The position numbers and the translations under genes are program-made. This document shows, piece after piece, positions 26,791 to 40,340 of a stretch of 64,000 bases of DNA. The first letter of the stretch is position 1, and each line of letters opens with the position of its first letter. The notes beneath the pieces are model-generated. The model worked only from the letters and a program-made list of their open reading frames with translations. It had not been told where the DNA came from and did not search any database. Origin of the DNA: Eledone cirrhosa (lineage: Eukaryota); the NCBI GenBank assembly GCA_964016885.1, contig OZ024740.1:201810001-201874000 (forward strand). Direction: 5' to 3'.

Positions 26791-27232
26791 CTGTAGAGCT
26801 CCATGGAAGGAGTAGCTCACACAGTTTGCTTTATCATTTTCATGTCAAAATACATTTTTTCCGTGGACAATTATATATCATTTACAAGTTCTGGATGTGA
26901 ACTTTCTTCTCATATACTTTTGATCAAAATCCGACGAATGCAATATAAGCATTGCTGAGGCTGAAAAGTTAACCAAAGTGTTACTAACAGTCCTGCTACA
27001 AAATGTTAGTGATTATTTATCAATAAAATTATTATTCAATTTATTTAATGAAACTTTCTCAGAACTGCATGTAGACCTGGATTAAAAAACAAACAAAATA
27101 TGAAAACTAATTCCTGTAACAAATGATATATAATTGTCCACGGAAAAATTGTATTTTAACATGAAAATGATCAAGCAAAAAGTGGATTTTTGTGTGAAAC
27201 TGTGCTTGTTGCCCCTTCTCAGAGCTCTACTG
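26791..27232. mobile_element. MITE with long imperfect TIRs
   Basis: GTAGAGCTC / GAGCTCTAC ends; inner arms TCATTTTCATG..TTCCGTGGACAATTATATATCATTT and AAATGATATATAATTGTCCACGGAA..CATGAAAATGA. Confidence 0.8.
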
Positions 27233-30200
27233 TGATACCTAATTTTAGTGGAAGACTAGCAGTTGCCCATGTATGCAAGTCTCCCCTCTCTCAGCCACTA
27301 AAGTTAACCAGAGAAAGGAGAGGGTCAAACAAGATACTATGGCATCCCATTTGATGCTTTAACAATTCCATTAATGCACCACCATGGACTGGTATTTTAT
27401 TGATTCCAAAAAGGATTTGATCTGAGAAGGCAGAGAGCCAGAACAAATATTACAAGGCATTTAATCTGAAGTTCTAACAACTCTGCCAATTTCATATCCA
27501 TATGTATGATAGGACTGGGTTTCTTGCAATTTTAATACTCAAGAAAACTATGAAATGCAACTATGTACATAGACAGCTCAACCTACACAGTGCATGAGCC
27601 ATAAAACCATCAAAATTGCATGATTAAGTCAAGTAATGCACCTTAAATCCTGATAGAGTCAAAGGGGGCCATGTCATGACATATCTCTTGAGCATTTAAA
27701 CTTGGCAAAGCCCATTCTTTAGCAGGTCTGAACACAACTGATTTCTTCTAGAGAATGAGGTAGTGAGAGAAAAAAAAATGTCAGAAAGAAAGATAGAGGA
27801 AGGACTGACCCCTGTACTGGACTAGACATTCTGGGTGAGCATAAAGTCTTTCCCTGATTATAAAATACCCTATCTCAGATACTATTTGAGATTTTAATTT
27901 TTCATTGATTTAATTTATAAATTTCAAATTTAAAGTTTTTCTGAAAATGTTTTACATTTCCTCTCAGTAACAAAATGGCATCTATGAAACAAAAAGCTCA
28001 GTGTGGAAAGACTATGTTCACCCTGTAAATTTAACATTGTCGAAACATGATTAAATTTCCTTTTTAGCAGTAGAAAATACTTCAAGTCCTAATCAGATAC
28101 TGATCTAAAAAGTTAAAGTGAGATTTACATATTAGGTCATTGCTCTACTACCACTATTTCATGAAAAGAAATGTATCAAACACTATTATATTATAGATAT
28201 TTTTATTGATAAGAGCAGAATTAAAGGTCTAGGTGAATTTGATGTCAGAAATGTGAAATACTGAACTTAGGTATTACAAAACATCTCTCCACTCAATTTT
28301 CCACCATCTACTCCACCTAGATTTATTAAAAGGACGACATGAGGCACAACACAAGCTTGGCTAACTATGAGTTTGTACCTGGAGAGGTCCTCCATGAGTC
28401 ACATGCCTAGCCATGGTATTTTGTGTAAGAGCAGCAGTCACCCATGAATGCCAGTCTCCCTTTCTATCACACCAATGCTGTCCAAAGGAAAAGCAAAGGT
28501 CGATACAGCTTGACACTAGTGTTGTCACAACTCACTCTTTTCCAGCTGAGTAGACTGGAGCAATGTGAAATGAAGTGTCTTGTTCAAGGAAATGCCATCC
28601 TGTCAGGAAATCAAATCCATTACTTCAATATTGTAAGCCCAACACTGACTACTAAGCCATACACCTTCACACTTGTTGAAAGTAAATTATCTAATTATAC
28701 CAAATACTGTGATCTGACTACCAAGAAGCCCTAAATAATATAAAAACAAACTTTCTTCTTTAGTATATGACATTCATTTAGCTCTGCAAGTTGGACTAGC
28801 ACTTTCAGCACATCTCTCTCCCTATCCTCTGGTGTAAGGCATTCACTACTCTGTCCACTGGAATCATGAAGCAACATCTATTTGATGTTTTGAAAAGGAC
28901 ATGAATGAGGAAGGATGAATAGTTACTAAGAAATTCATAATGTATGTTTGTTAATTATATTAAATGCAGCAGCAGGATTCACTAAAAAGGAAAATAATGA
29001 ATATAGTGCTGTGTAAAACTGAGATACAGCTGAATTAAGTCAACAGTCAATTTCAAAAGTTCTCAATCACACATGTTAAATGTTACTTTATCTAGAATAT
29101 ATGCTTTTCTATATCACAAGAAATATAATTTTTTTATTCTTTTACTGGTTTATCATTTCACTTCAACCAGACTGGAGGACCACCTTACTGGGATTTAGTT
29201 AATTATATCAAACTAAGTACTTTCTTTATTCTACACCATATATGCAAACCAATTCCTGTTCTCTGAATCATTTGTAAGCATAAAATTTTGTGTAGAGCAC
29301 TTTTAAAACCATATCAACTCCTCCCACACACACATCAGCACACCTTGATTGATGACTGGGCAAGTAGGAGTTACCATCCTACTGAAACAAGCCACTCCCC
29401 ATCTTTTCCCCACAACAGTAAATACTGCACCATCAAAGACATCAGAGATACATGGGTAACCTAAGTAGGTTGCAATGTACCTAGTGACTGGAGGTGGCTT
29501 CAGCTGGTTCTTGTGACAAGACAATACACAAGTGTGTGCGTGTGTATTCAAGGTGCTATGTTGTAGGACTAAATCTGGAACCACAAGGTTGCAAAACAAA
29601 CTCCTTAACCACAAAGACATGCCTATGCCTGATTTTAAATTCTATATAGAAATGTTTTGACAAATCAATTTGCAACAAATAAAAGTAAACATTCTTTCTT
29701 TAAGTAAAACTGTTCATAAAATGCAGCTAACAATTATTACACTTTAAAAAATAAGAACAATAATATTTACACTTATTACACTTAAATTATTACACTTAAA
29801 AATTATTACACTTAAAAAAAAAAGAACAATAATATTTAAAAATATACATTAAATTCTAAGAAGCCTAACTAAAATATATTGCAAATCTTTTTATCAAAAG
29901 AGAATTAATGTAGCAAAAACTGTCTTTTTATCTATTCAAAAAAAAAAAAATTAAATTCACTTAATCATACATTTCTTGTTGGTAGGCATATGGCTTATTG
30001 GTTACCGTGCTAGGATCACGAGCCTAAGGTCATGAGTTTGACTCCTGGACTCAGTAATATGCTGTGTCCTTGAGCAAAACACTTTATTTCAGGCTGGTCT
30101 AGTCCACTCAGCTGAAAAAGAAAAGTGAGTTGCAACAACACTGGTGCCAAGCTGTGTCAGCCAATGCCTTTATCTTAGACAACATTGGTGATATGGGAAG

Positions 30201-30425
30201 ACTGGCATGCATGGGTGATTGCTGGTCTTCCATAAAAACACCATGCTCAAGCTTAAGTCTGTTCAAGGAACTTTCTAGGCGCAAAATACATGATCAGTCA
30301 TGACTGGATGAAACCTGTTCCCTAATATCAGTATCCAGGTTGCAAACAGTACAAAAAAAATGTTGACATCAGCAAATAGATGATAAATGTAAAGTGAATC
30401 TCACAGCTTTTGTGTGTTTCTTTAA

Positions 30426-30627
30426 CCCTTTAGCATTTAAACCAGCCGTATCAAGCCAGAATTCTCTCACCTGTTCAAACCGGCAGTAACCGGCCACTCA
30501 TACTGATGTTAAGGTATTGTTCTTAAAATAAATAATATCAAAATCTCATAGATTCAATATTATGTGAAGTAAAGCCTTTACTCTATATTTACTATTGTAT
30601 TTTCATGGTAATGTAAATGTTAAAGAG
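30426..30627 (+). mobile_element. piggyBac-type MITE family B
   Basis: TTAA|CCCTTTAGCATTTA...TAAATGTTAAAGAG|TTAA. Confidence 0.82.
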
Positions 30628-32184
30628 TTAATGACAGAAATGACTTGTCCATGATGTAATTGCTTCAGTTCCAGCAGACAGTCTCAAATCAAGTTACTTG
30701 CCAGACAATGATAATTCTGAACACATTCATTTTAGACTCTTAAAAGAAAGCCATCATCTCTTGTCATTATGATAATTCATAGAATACAAATGTTTTATTA
30801 AACTAGGGCATCCATATTGATCATAAATTAAATTTTAAAAAGATCCCAAAAAGCTAAAAACACGAAGGGTGACATTCACATTATTTAAACTTACTTTGAA
30901 GAAAAAAAAATGAAAAACAAGTTTTTATTCATTATTTTTTTTTAAAAACTCATCTAAGATAACTGTAAGATTTTATTGTTAATATTCATGCTTGAACTGA
31001 TTAGTTTCAACAGTTTAATACAATAATACACAATAAGATATATCAGATAAGAGATAACAATTCAAACAAACAGTAGTATCAAATGTAATATTAGCCACTA
31101 AAATAACTAGCTATATCTAGACAGCTGCCAAGCCTATTTTGCTCTAACCAAAGCAATGAAGAAGTATGAGAGAAAGAGATCAGTATAATTTTTTACACAA
31201 AAACCTTCATATAGCTTTCATCAAGCAGGGGGAAATGATCAAGTCAGAACTATTAGAGAAATAATATGAACTTCTACAATAGCAAGAAAAGTTCATGAAA
31301 AATGTTAAAATGAATCTACCTTTAGAATGAATGTCTCTGAAATCATGCATGTCAATGATGGATGGATTGCCATAGTGTAATGATGTTATTTGAAAACTAT
31401 CTTAGTAACAAATAAGACAGAATGCACGTGCAAAGAATTTTTTTAATTTAAAACATTGTCAAAGCCTCAAATATATATCAAGCTTGCAACACACAAACAT
31501 TTTTTTTTCTTGCACTCTTAAAATTATGTTTTGTTTGATTTAACACTTCATGTCCTGTACTGCATGAAACCAGATTAGCAAGACATTCTTGAAAAGTACA
31601 AAGCAGCACTATGACTGCATCCCATTCTAATAATGCAAATGATCTATCCACTAGAAAAATATTATAAACATCTGAATTAACAAACCCCTTTTTAGATATT
31701 TTCTGTTAAATGATAGCAAGATTTTAAGAGCTAAATGGATTTATAATGACAGTAGACTTATACTAAAGCTCAAATATATTTAACAAAAAAATATACCAAA
31801 TATAAAAACCTGAAAAATTATCCAGGGTTACATAACCTTAACTAGGAAAAATATACTATTTACTTCTTTCAACACTAGTAGAACAGATAAAATGAGAAAA
31901 GCAAAGTAATTATTTACAATATTGAAGATTCTATCAAAATTAAGATTTACTGTTTTTTATTTTAACTAACTTTTTTGCAACAAAATTAAAAATTCATTAT
32001 CAAAATACTTTTAAAATATATATATAAATCTCTCACCATAAAATCAATCATAATTTCTGTACATGCTAATTTATACAATTTTACTTAATTATTATCTAAC
32101 AATAATATAATTGAAATAAATGTTACCAAGATAGTGTTCCAGTTACAAACTCTAATATTTATTCTTTAACCTAAAGTATGCATA

Positions 32185-32888
32185 ATCCTTTTGTTACCAA
32201 CCCACCTGATACTGCCCCTGGTTCTATTTTTAAATGTTTATATTTATTTAAAAGCATTTCATTATAATTTTATTTAAAAACATTTGTTGACTTATGCTCC
32301 AAACACCACTTTATTAATGAGAAAGCTTTGTGACTAAATCTCTCCAAATTATTGATTATTTTTTAAATTGTTTGAAAATCATAAGCAGTATCTTTTATTA
32401 GAAATATCGTAATTAAAGGGTTCAAGAAATGAATATGAAATTTGATCTGAAGTTGAACCTTTTTTTACCATATTTCTAATGAAATACATTGCTTATGTGT
32501 TTCAATCAGTTTTGAAAATAATAAAACACTTAGAGAAATTTAGTACAATTTAATACATTTTCATTTGTAAACTGATGTTTAGAACATTACTTAAGAAAGA
32601 TTTCTGACATAAAATTATGATGGCAAGTTTTAATATAAATATGAAAACTTTAACCCTTTTGTGATTGAATTTCTAATGAAATACACTATTTTAATTTATC
32701 AATGAAGATTTTTTTAAGGATTTATTAAAATTATTAATTATTTAATATCTAAGATAATAGCTTAACATGTGGTTCTTATATAAAATTATATTGGAAGATT
32801 TTAATTTAAATAGGAACCCATTAAAATGGGTGGTTTTGTTTCATGGAACCAGAGCCAGTTTTGACCAGGTTGGTATCAAAAGGGTTAA
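32185..32888. mobile_element. Adjacent oppositely oriented piggyBac-type family A MITE copies
   Basis: 32185-32422 forward (ends AAAGGGTTCAA); 32455-32888 reverse (ends GGTATCAAAAGGGTTAA). Family also near 290-700, 6280-6865, 11680, 12550-12785 and 16920-17147. Confidence 0.7.
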
Positions 32889-32913
32889 ATAATTATGAAG
32901 TTTTTACAGGTTT

Positions 32914-33674
32914 GGGTCATTCCCACGAAATTCAACTGGGATTCATCCTGGAGGTCTTCAGATTTTCTTCAAATTTTCGCTACTTACCATCAGATTTTAT
33001 GGCCATTTAAAGAAAATATAGATTCTTACATCAGTTTAAAATACTTTGTCAATTTTTCTAGACTCACGTCACCTATGTATAGTTTTGCATGGTTTTAACT
33101 TCGTGATAAGCATTTATCATGGTTCAAAAATTCAAAAGAACTGTGCATTTTTACACTTTTTCCATTTTTTAATCCCCTTCATGCACTGAAAATCAGGCCT
33201 TTGGGTAACTGAATTCAAGTGTTCTGTCAAGTTTCCAAGCCATACTGCATGATTAGAAAAGATGGGGGTACTCAACAGTTGTTGCTATTCAGTAACAGCC
33301 ACCTAAACTTTAAGGTTTTCAAAAATGGCCGCCAATACACAGATTTTTCAAACTTTCAGTTAACATTTTTTTTTTCAAATGGCCAGCTTAAAGCAATTGG
33401 CTTTTAGTGTCTGAGAGACTTCAGATGGTGAAGACTAAGGAAATTGAGTTCCAAAGGCAAGAAATAAAAGCAACTTGGAGTAATAGGTCTCTAAAAATCA
33501 AATAAATTCAATATTTTCAAAATTTAATGGCCATAAAATCTGACTGGTAAGTGCTATGGAGCTGAAGTTTCCAGGAATTGCTTCTCTCATGGATACAAAT
33601 AAATGGCAAAAATTTGAAGAAAATCTTAAGACCTCCCCAGAACAGACCCCTGTTGAATTTCACTTGAATGACCC
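32914..33674. mobile_element. Non-autonomous TIR DNA transposon (GGG termini, possibly PIF/Harbinger-like)
   Basis: GGGTCATTC..GAAATTCAAC..GGAGGTCTT.AGATTTTCTTCAAATTTT mirrored by AAAATTTGAAGAAAATCT.AAGACCTCC..GTTGAATTTC..GAATGACCC. Confidence 0.8.
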
Positions 33675-34504
33675 ACTTATCAGTGGGTTTCTCATATGAG
33701 ACGAAAGAAGTTTATAATTTCTGAGAAGACATGTAATAACAGTTAAATTATGTTAACCACCACATTGCCTTAGAAGAATATATAACATTTCATTTATACT
33801 TCAAAAATAGACCAAACGGATTAAAATTGTAAATGTCACACACTTTCAGCCCTATTTTAATCATTTCAAAGACCAGACTTCATCAACAGTACTGGGATGC
33901 TATTTTTATAGAGAAAAGCAGAAAGAACAAAAGAGAGTCTACATCAAAGTCTAACCCAAAGCCTCATGATGAAAAGCAATATTTCACACAAGTGTATAAT
34001 ATATTCATCTGACCAATAAATATATGAATAGAATATCCCAATTATTGATAGACTGTGTTGTATAATGTTTTCTATAGAGAAGATACAATATCACAAAATT
34101 GTTAGTATTTTCTATTGAGAAAGCAATAATTCAGCAATGAGATCAACTGGAGATCATTGAATTAAATAGATATATCTATGTATATAAGAGTTATATATAT
34201 ATTTAAAAAAAAAAGGATTTAAGCTATTGAATCAACTATAAGGCATGCTCGAACTTTGAAAATGAACAGCTTGCACGAAGTTGCTTTGAGTGAAAAATTT
34301 GCAATATGAACCACGATTGCTTGGTCAATGGAGGGTTGCATTACAGCTTAACATTCCTAAGAAACTACACTTGATGGAATCTAACTCTGTAACCCCAACA
34401 TGTTAGAGAGTAGAGACCATTTGCTTAGATGTTTCAATCAAGCTGAATGTAAGCCATCAATAACCGTCCATTGCACATGAAGGCAGCTGTGCATTTTGCA
34501 TTAC

Positions 34505-34549
34505 CTTAGACCCCTGAAACTGGACTTTCGGCCAACACTGGTACGCTTG
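34505..34549 (-). CDS. Candidate 45-nt host exon (phase 2-2, KRTSVGRKSSFRGL)
   Basis: Long polypyrimidine tract TTCCTTTCTTCATTTTTTTTCTATACAAAAG| and donor AAG|GTAATG; GC/CpG-richer than flanks; read-through gives R then TAA. Confidence 0.5.
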
Positions 34550-36629
34550 CTTTTGTATAGAAAAAAAATGAAGAAAGGAATATAAAGTCATCAAACTAAC
34601 AATTCACAAAATAAAATCTTTTAAAATATATAATATATATATATATTGATAATTATTATTAATTATTTTTCAAAATCTTTTTTTAAAAATAGTCTTAATA
34701 TAATTAATAAAGATGCTGAAAATTCAACAATATTAGGTCTTTATTTATAATAAATAGTTAATTAAAAAATATAGATATATATAAGCCAGTTATAATATAT
34801 AATATTTTGATTTTAAAGAAATCATTTACAAAAATATTATAGAATTAAGATTTAATTAGCAATTTAAATATTAATTGATTTTTTTTTTTTTTTTTGCATT
34901 TTATTTCCATCATTTAAATGGTGGGGATATATGAAGACAAATGAGTACTAAATTATTTAGAGAAAACAATTGAAGATTTCAGTTTTTTTTTAATTTATGA
35001 AAAGTGAAAAAACTTGGAGTAGCTATGTACAAATGGGTGACATGGAAATGATTTGGGATCATGAAGTTTAGTTAATTAGATATCTGAGATGATGTGATGC
35101 GTTTCTTTCACAGTTTAGTCAAGGAGAGAAAAGCAGTATGCATGACCCTTTTCAAGTTTTGAGACCAATGGGAGATAGGGAAGGAGGTATCTTCAAACCA
35201 AAGACCCAGTCCAAAAGCTTACATCAGAGTGGACTCTGTTAAAGGCACCCAAAGGCCAGTGGGTAGTATTTAATCCAGGTGAAGGATTGAGTATACCAAC
35301 CAAGTCGGCTATGGAGAGATTTGAAGTTAGAGTGCAAAGAACCAGAACAAATACCACAAAAAATCTCATATGACACTAACAATTCTACTAATCTACCCCC
35401 CTGGATTGATATTTATTTGATTGACTCTGAAAGGATGAAGGCAAAGTTGACCCCCAAAAGGATTTGAACTTAGTGCACAAAAAACTAAAACAAATACTGC
35501 AAGGTATTTTGTGCTATGCTTTAATGGCTCTGCTAATTCATGGAAATTAATACAATTATAATTTATCACACTATTAATCCTATTTTTAGTGATATATATT
35601 TTTTTGTTTTTAATATTTAAAATAATTTTTAGTGATATATATTTTTTTGTTTTTAATATTTATGTTGGTACCACAATAAAATGCACCCACTACACACTGT
35701 AAAGTGGTTAGCAATAGAAATAGGATTTGACTGTAGAAACTATGCCAAAAATGGAATGTATAATCAAGATGTGATCTCCAATCCATCTAATCGCAGACTG
35801 TGACAACCCATCCAACCCATGCTAATATGGAAACGGACAACAGGTGATGATGATGATGATATATATCTAGACTGTGTTTTCATTGGTTTCATCCTCAATC
35901 GTTATCAGATATCTTATTCCAGATCGTGTATACACTACCAAGCTAAGAAGTGTGTGTATATGAGACAGAGAGAGAGAGAGAGATGCAAATGTGTGTGTAT
36001 GCGTGTATCCCTGTCTCTGTTTATGTCCTGTAACTTAGTGGTTTGACAAAATTGAGATCAACAAAATAAATACCAGACTTGAAAAAAATAGGTCCCTTCA
36101 AGGTACGCCCGCAGTCTAATGACTGAAACCAGTTGAAGAGTACATATATATGGTGATGATAAAGAGGAAATACTAATGGAATGGAATGAAATGTTCATAT
36201 TCAATAGAGAATTAGAGTGGAAACTTGGGAGAAAAAACACATATAACACATAGTGATAACCTAATCAGTGAGTCCAATGCTGATATTAGTTAAATTCAGC
36301 AATATTTACTGATTGATATTCTTTTATTCTTTTGCTGGTTTCAGTCATTAGACTATGGTCCTCTATCATAAATCCGTCTAAGAAACTTATGTCCCAAACA
36401 CCAACTTAATAATGAGAAAGTAATATAACTGTTCCAATTTCTTGATTATTTTCAAAATTATCTGAAAATCAGAAGACAGTATCTTTCAATATTATGGTAT
36501 AAAAAGAGCTAAATACATGAAGAATGAATAGTAAAACATATTGCTATTTAGTATTAAATTAGAATCAATATATTTGTTTCAAATTTGGTATTATATTGTA
36601 AAAGAGCCATTTTAGTTATCAAACACACA

Positions 36630-36930
36630 TATCTAAAGTCTAAGTCTAAAATCTGTCTTAAACCATTTAAAGCTCATTAAGTCGGTGCTTGTCCCGGTTC
36701 CATAATATGAAGCGTCTGAGAGTGCAAGACTTCCCCCTGAACACGACACCAGTCCATCACAAGGTTAAACTCCCAGGTATTGCTGGTACTCATTTTCAGC
36801 TGAGTATACTGGAGCAGCATGAAATGAAGTGTTTTGCTGAAGAACACAACATGCAACCCAGTCAAGGAATCAAACCTATGACATTATGATCGTAAGTCCA
36901 AAAACCTTACCACTAGGCCAGGCCTTCCAC
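36630..36930 (-). mobile_element. CORE-like SINE (sibling of 25212-25495)
   Basis: Reverse complement alignment by eye. Confidence 0.72.
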
Positions 36931-37414
36931 AACCACACACATACACAATGTTATTCTCTTTTCACATTCTCAAATTATAAACTGAAGTCCAATCCTATTA
37001 TTTCATCTAGATAGAAAAGCAAAATATCTAAGTGTCAATCACATAAGCAAAAGATAGGATCGTAGCCCATTTCATTGAAACACACAAGAAACCTAGATGA
37101 TGCCTCATATGAGGCCAGCTAAACCTACATAAGTGGGAGCTGTAACTACAACATAACCAAATTTGTCTCATCAGTATAGGAAAGAGGGGCACAATCCTGC
37201 CATTTCTGACTGACTACTAAAAGTAAAATAACCAGCAAGGTGGAAAGATTCCAATGAATCAATAGATTTATAGATTTATTGAAACACTTGAATGTAAAAC
37301 ATATCCTTAAACAGTGGTTGCTGATTTAGGCAGAAGGCAAGGCAATTTAGGGGGCAAGGGAAAGTCAATTAAATCAGAACACAAATGTTAATTAGAATTG
37401 AGAGGTTTATTAAG

Positions 37415-38058
37415 TATATATATACATATATACATACATATATACACATATACATATATATACACATATATACATATACATATATATATACACACATATA
37501 TATATATACACATACACACACATATATATACACATATATATACACATATATATATACATATATATATATACACATATATATATATACACATATATATATA
37601 TACACATATATATATATACACAGGTATATATACACATATATATATACACATATATATATAAACATATGTATATATATACATATATATATACACATATATA
37701 TATAAACATATGTATATATATACATATATATATACACATATATATATAAACATGTATATATATACATATATATATACACATATATATATACACATATATA
37801 TACACATATATATATACACATATATATATATATATACATATATATATATGTACACATATATATACATATATATATACACATATATATACACACATATATA
37901 TATATATATACATATATATATATGTACACATATATATACATATATATATACACATATATATACACATATATATACACATATATATACATATATATATACA
38001 TATATATACATATATATATACATATATATACATATATATATACACATATATATACACA

Positions 38059-38103
<45 letters not shown>

Positions 38104-38457
38104 ATATACACATATATATACACACACATATATATACATACACATATATATACATACACATATATATACATACACATATACACATATATATATACACATA
38201 TATATATACATACACATATATATACATACACATATATATACATACACATATATATACATACACATATATATATACATACACATATATATACATACACATA
38301 TATATACATACACATATATATACATACACATATATATATATACATACACATATATATATATACATATATATACATATATATATATACATACACACATATA
38401 TATATATACACATATATACACATATATATATATATACACATATATATATATATACAC
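37415..38457. repeat. About 1-kb degenerate (TA)n/(CA) microsatellite
   Basis: Directly visible. Confidence 0.97.
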
Positions 38458-39980
38458 TGGTGCAGCAGTATTCTCATAAATTGCTACAAAGGTAAAGGGG
38501 ATGCTTTGGAGAGGAGCAATTATAGGGGTATAAAACTGATAGATCAGGTTATGAAAGTGGCAGAAAGGATTTTAGCACAACTAATTAGAGAAAGGGTCAA
38601 ACTAGATGAGATGCAGTTTGGTTTTGTGCCTGGGAAGAGTACAACAGATGCCCTCTTCTTGGTGAGACAAATGCAAGAGAGGTTCTTAGAGAAGAATAAG
38701 CCACTATACTTAGCCTTTGTTGACCTAGAGAAGGCCTTTGATAGGGTACCCCGATCTGTCATCTGGTGGTCCCTAAGGAAGCTGGGTGTTGAGGAATGGC
38801 TTGTAAGGACAGTGCAAACTTTGTACAGAGGTACTCTCAGTAAAGTCGGTGTAGGAATGGAGTTTAGTGAGGAATTCCAGATACAAGTAGGAGTACATCA
38901 GGGTTCGGTCCTCAGCCCGCTCTTGTTCATTATAGTCCTCCAAGCCATAACAGAGGAGTTTAAGACTGGCTGTCCATGGGAACTTCTCTATGCTGACGAT
39001 CTGGCTCTTATGGCAGAATCAGTAGAGGAGCTAGAGAATAAATTCCGGCTATGGAAACAGCAGTTGGAAGCAAGAGGACTGAGAGTAAATCTAGCTAAGA
39101 AAAAAGTGTTGATGAGTAGAAAAGAGGACAAAACCCTGATTCCGTCAGGGAAATGGCCATGTTCGATATGCAGAAAAGGAACTGGCATAAATTCTATAAA
39201 ATGCACACAATGTAGGTCCTGGGTACACAAGAGATGTAGCGGGATAGCAGGCAAACTAACAGGTAGGGAGAAATATGTATGCAGTAGATGTACAGGGAAA
39301 TTAGACAGTAGAAGTCGCACTGATAGACACATTTTTCAAATGCGAGAGGGCGCTATAGAAGTGGTGGATAGCTTCCGGTACCTAGGAGATCAGATTAGCA
39401 TGGGAGGAGGGTGTTCCGAGGCCATAGTATCTAGAATAAGGACGGGTTGGAAGAAGTTTAGGGAGCTGCTTCCTCTGTTGACGAAGAAGGGTTTCTCCCT
39501 GCGTACGAAAGGCCGGTTGTATGATGCCTGTGTGAGGAGCGCGATGCTGCATGGTAGTGAGACATGGGCAGCAACTGCAGAGGATATGCGACGGCTGGAG
39601 AGAAATGAGGCAAGCATGCTCCGTTGGATGTGCAGTGTAAATGTGCGTGAACGACCCAGCATAAATGTGTTGAAAGGGAAACTGTGTCTGAGAGGGATAG
39701 AATGTAGTGTACGGGAGAGGAGACTGAGGTGGTATGGACATGTGATGCGCATGGAGGATGACCGATGGGTGAAGAAGTGCCAGGAAATGCCAGTTGAAGG
39801 AAGACGTGGTAGAGGTAGACCACGAAAAACATGGGCAGAGGTGGTGAGAACAGACCTCAGATCATTGAAGCTCACGGTGGAGATGACAAGGGACCGTGAC
39901 GAGTGGAGAGATGCTGTGCTGAATAAGACCCGTCCCACCCTTGCAAGCAGGGAAAAGCGGACGTAAAATGATGATGATGA
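38458..39980 (+). mobile_element. 5'-truncated RTE LINE family A (intact RT, PHD-type finger, C-terminus)
   Basis: ORF to 39966 with [34 protein letters not shown]; stop followed directly by (GAT)n then (TA)n. Confidence 0.95.
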
Positions 39981-40340
39981 TATATACATATATATATATA
40001 CATATATACATACATATATATATACATATATACATACATATATACTTATATATATATATACATATATACATACATATATACTTATATATATATATACATA
40101 TATATATACACATATATATACATATATATATACACATATATATACACATATATATAGATACATATACATATACATATACATATATATATACACATATATA
40201 TACATATATATATACACATATATACACATATATATAGATACATATACATATATATATATACATACATATACATATATACATATACATATACATATATACA
40301 TATATATATATATACATACATATACATATATATATATATA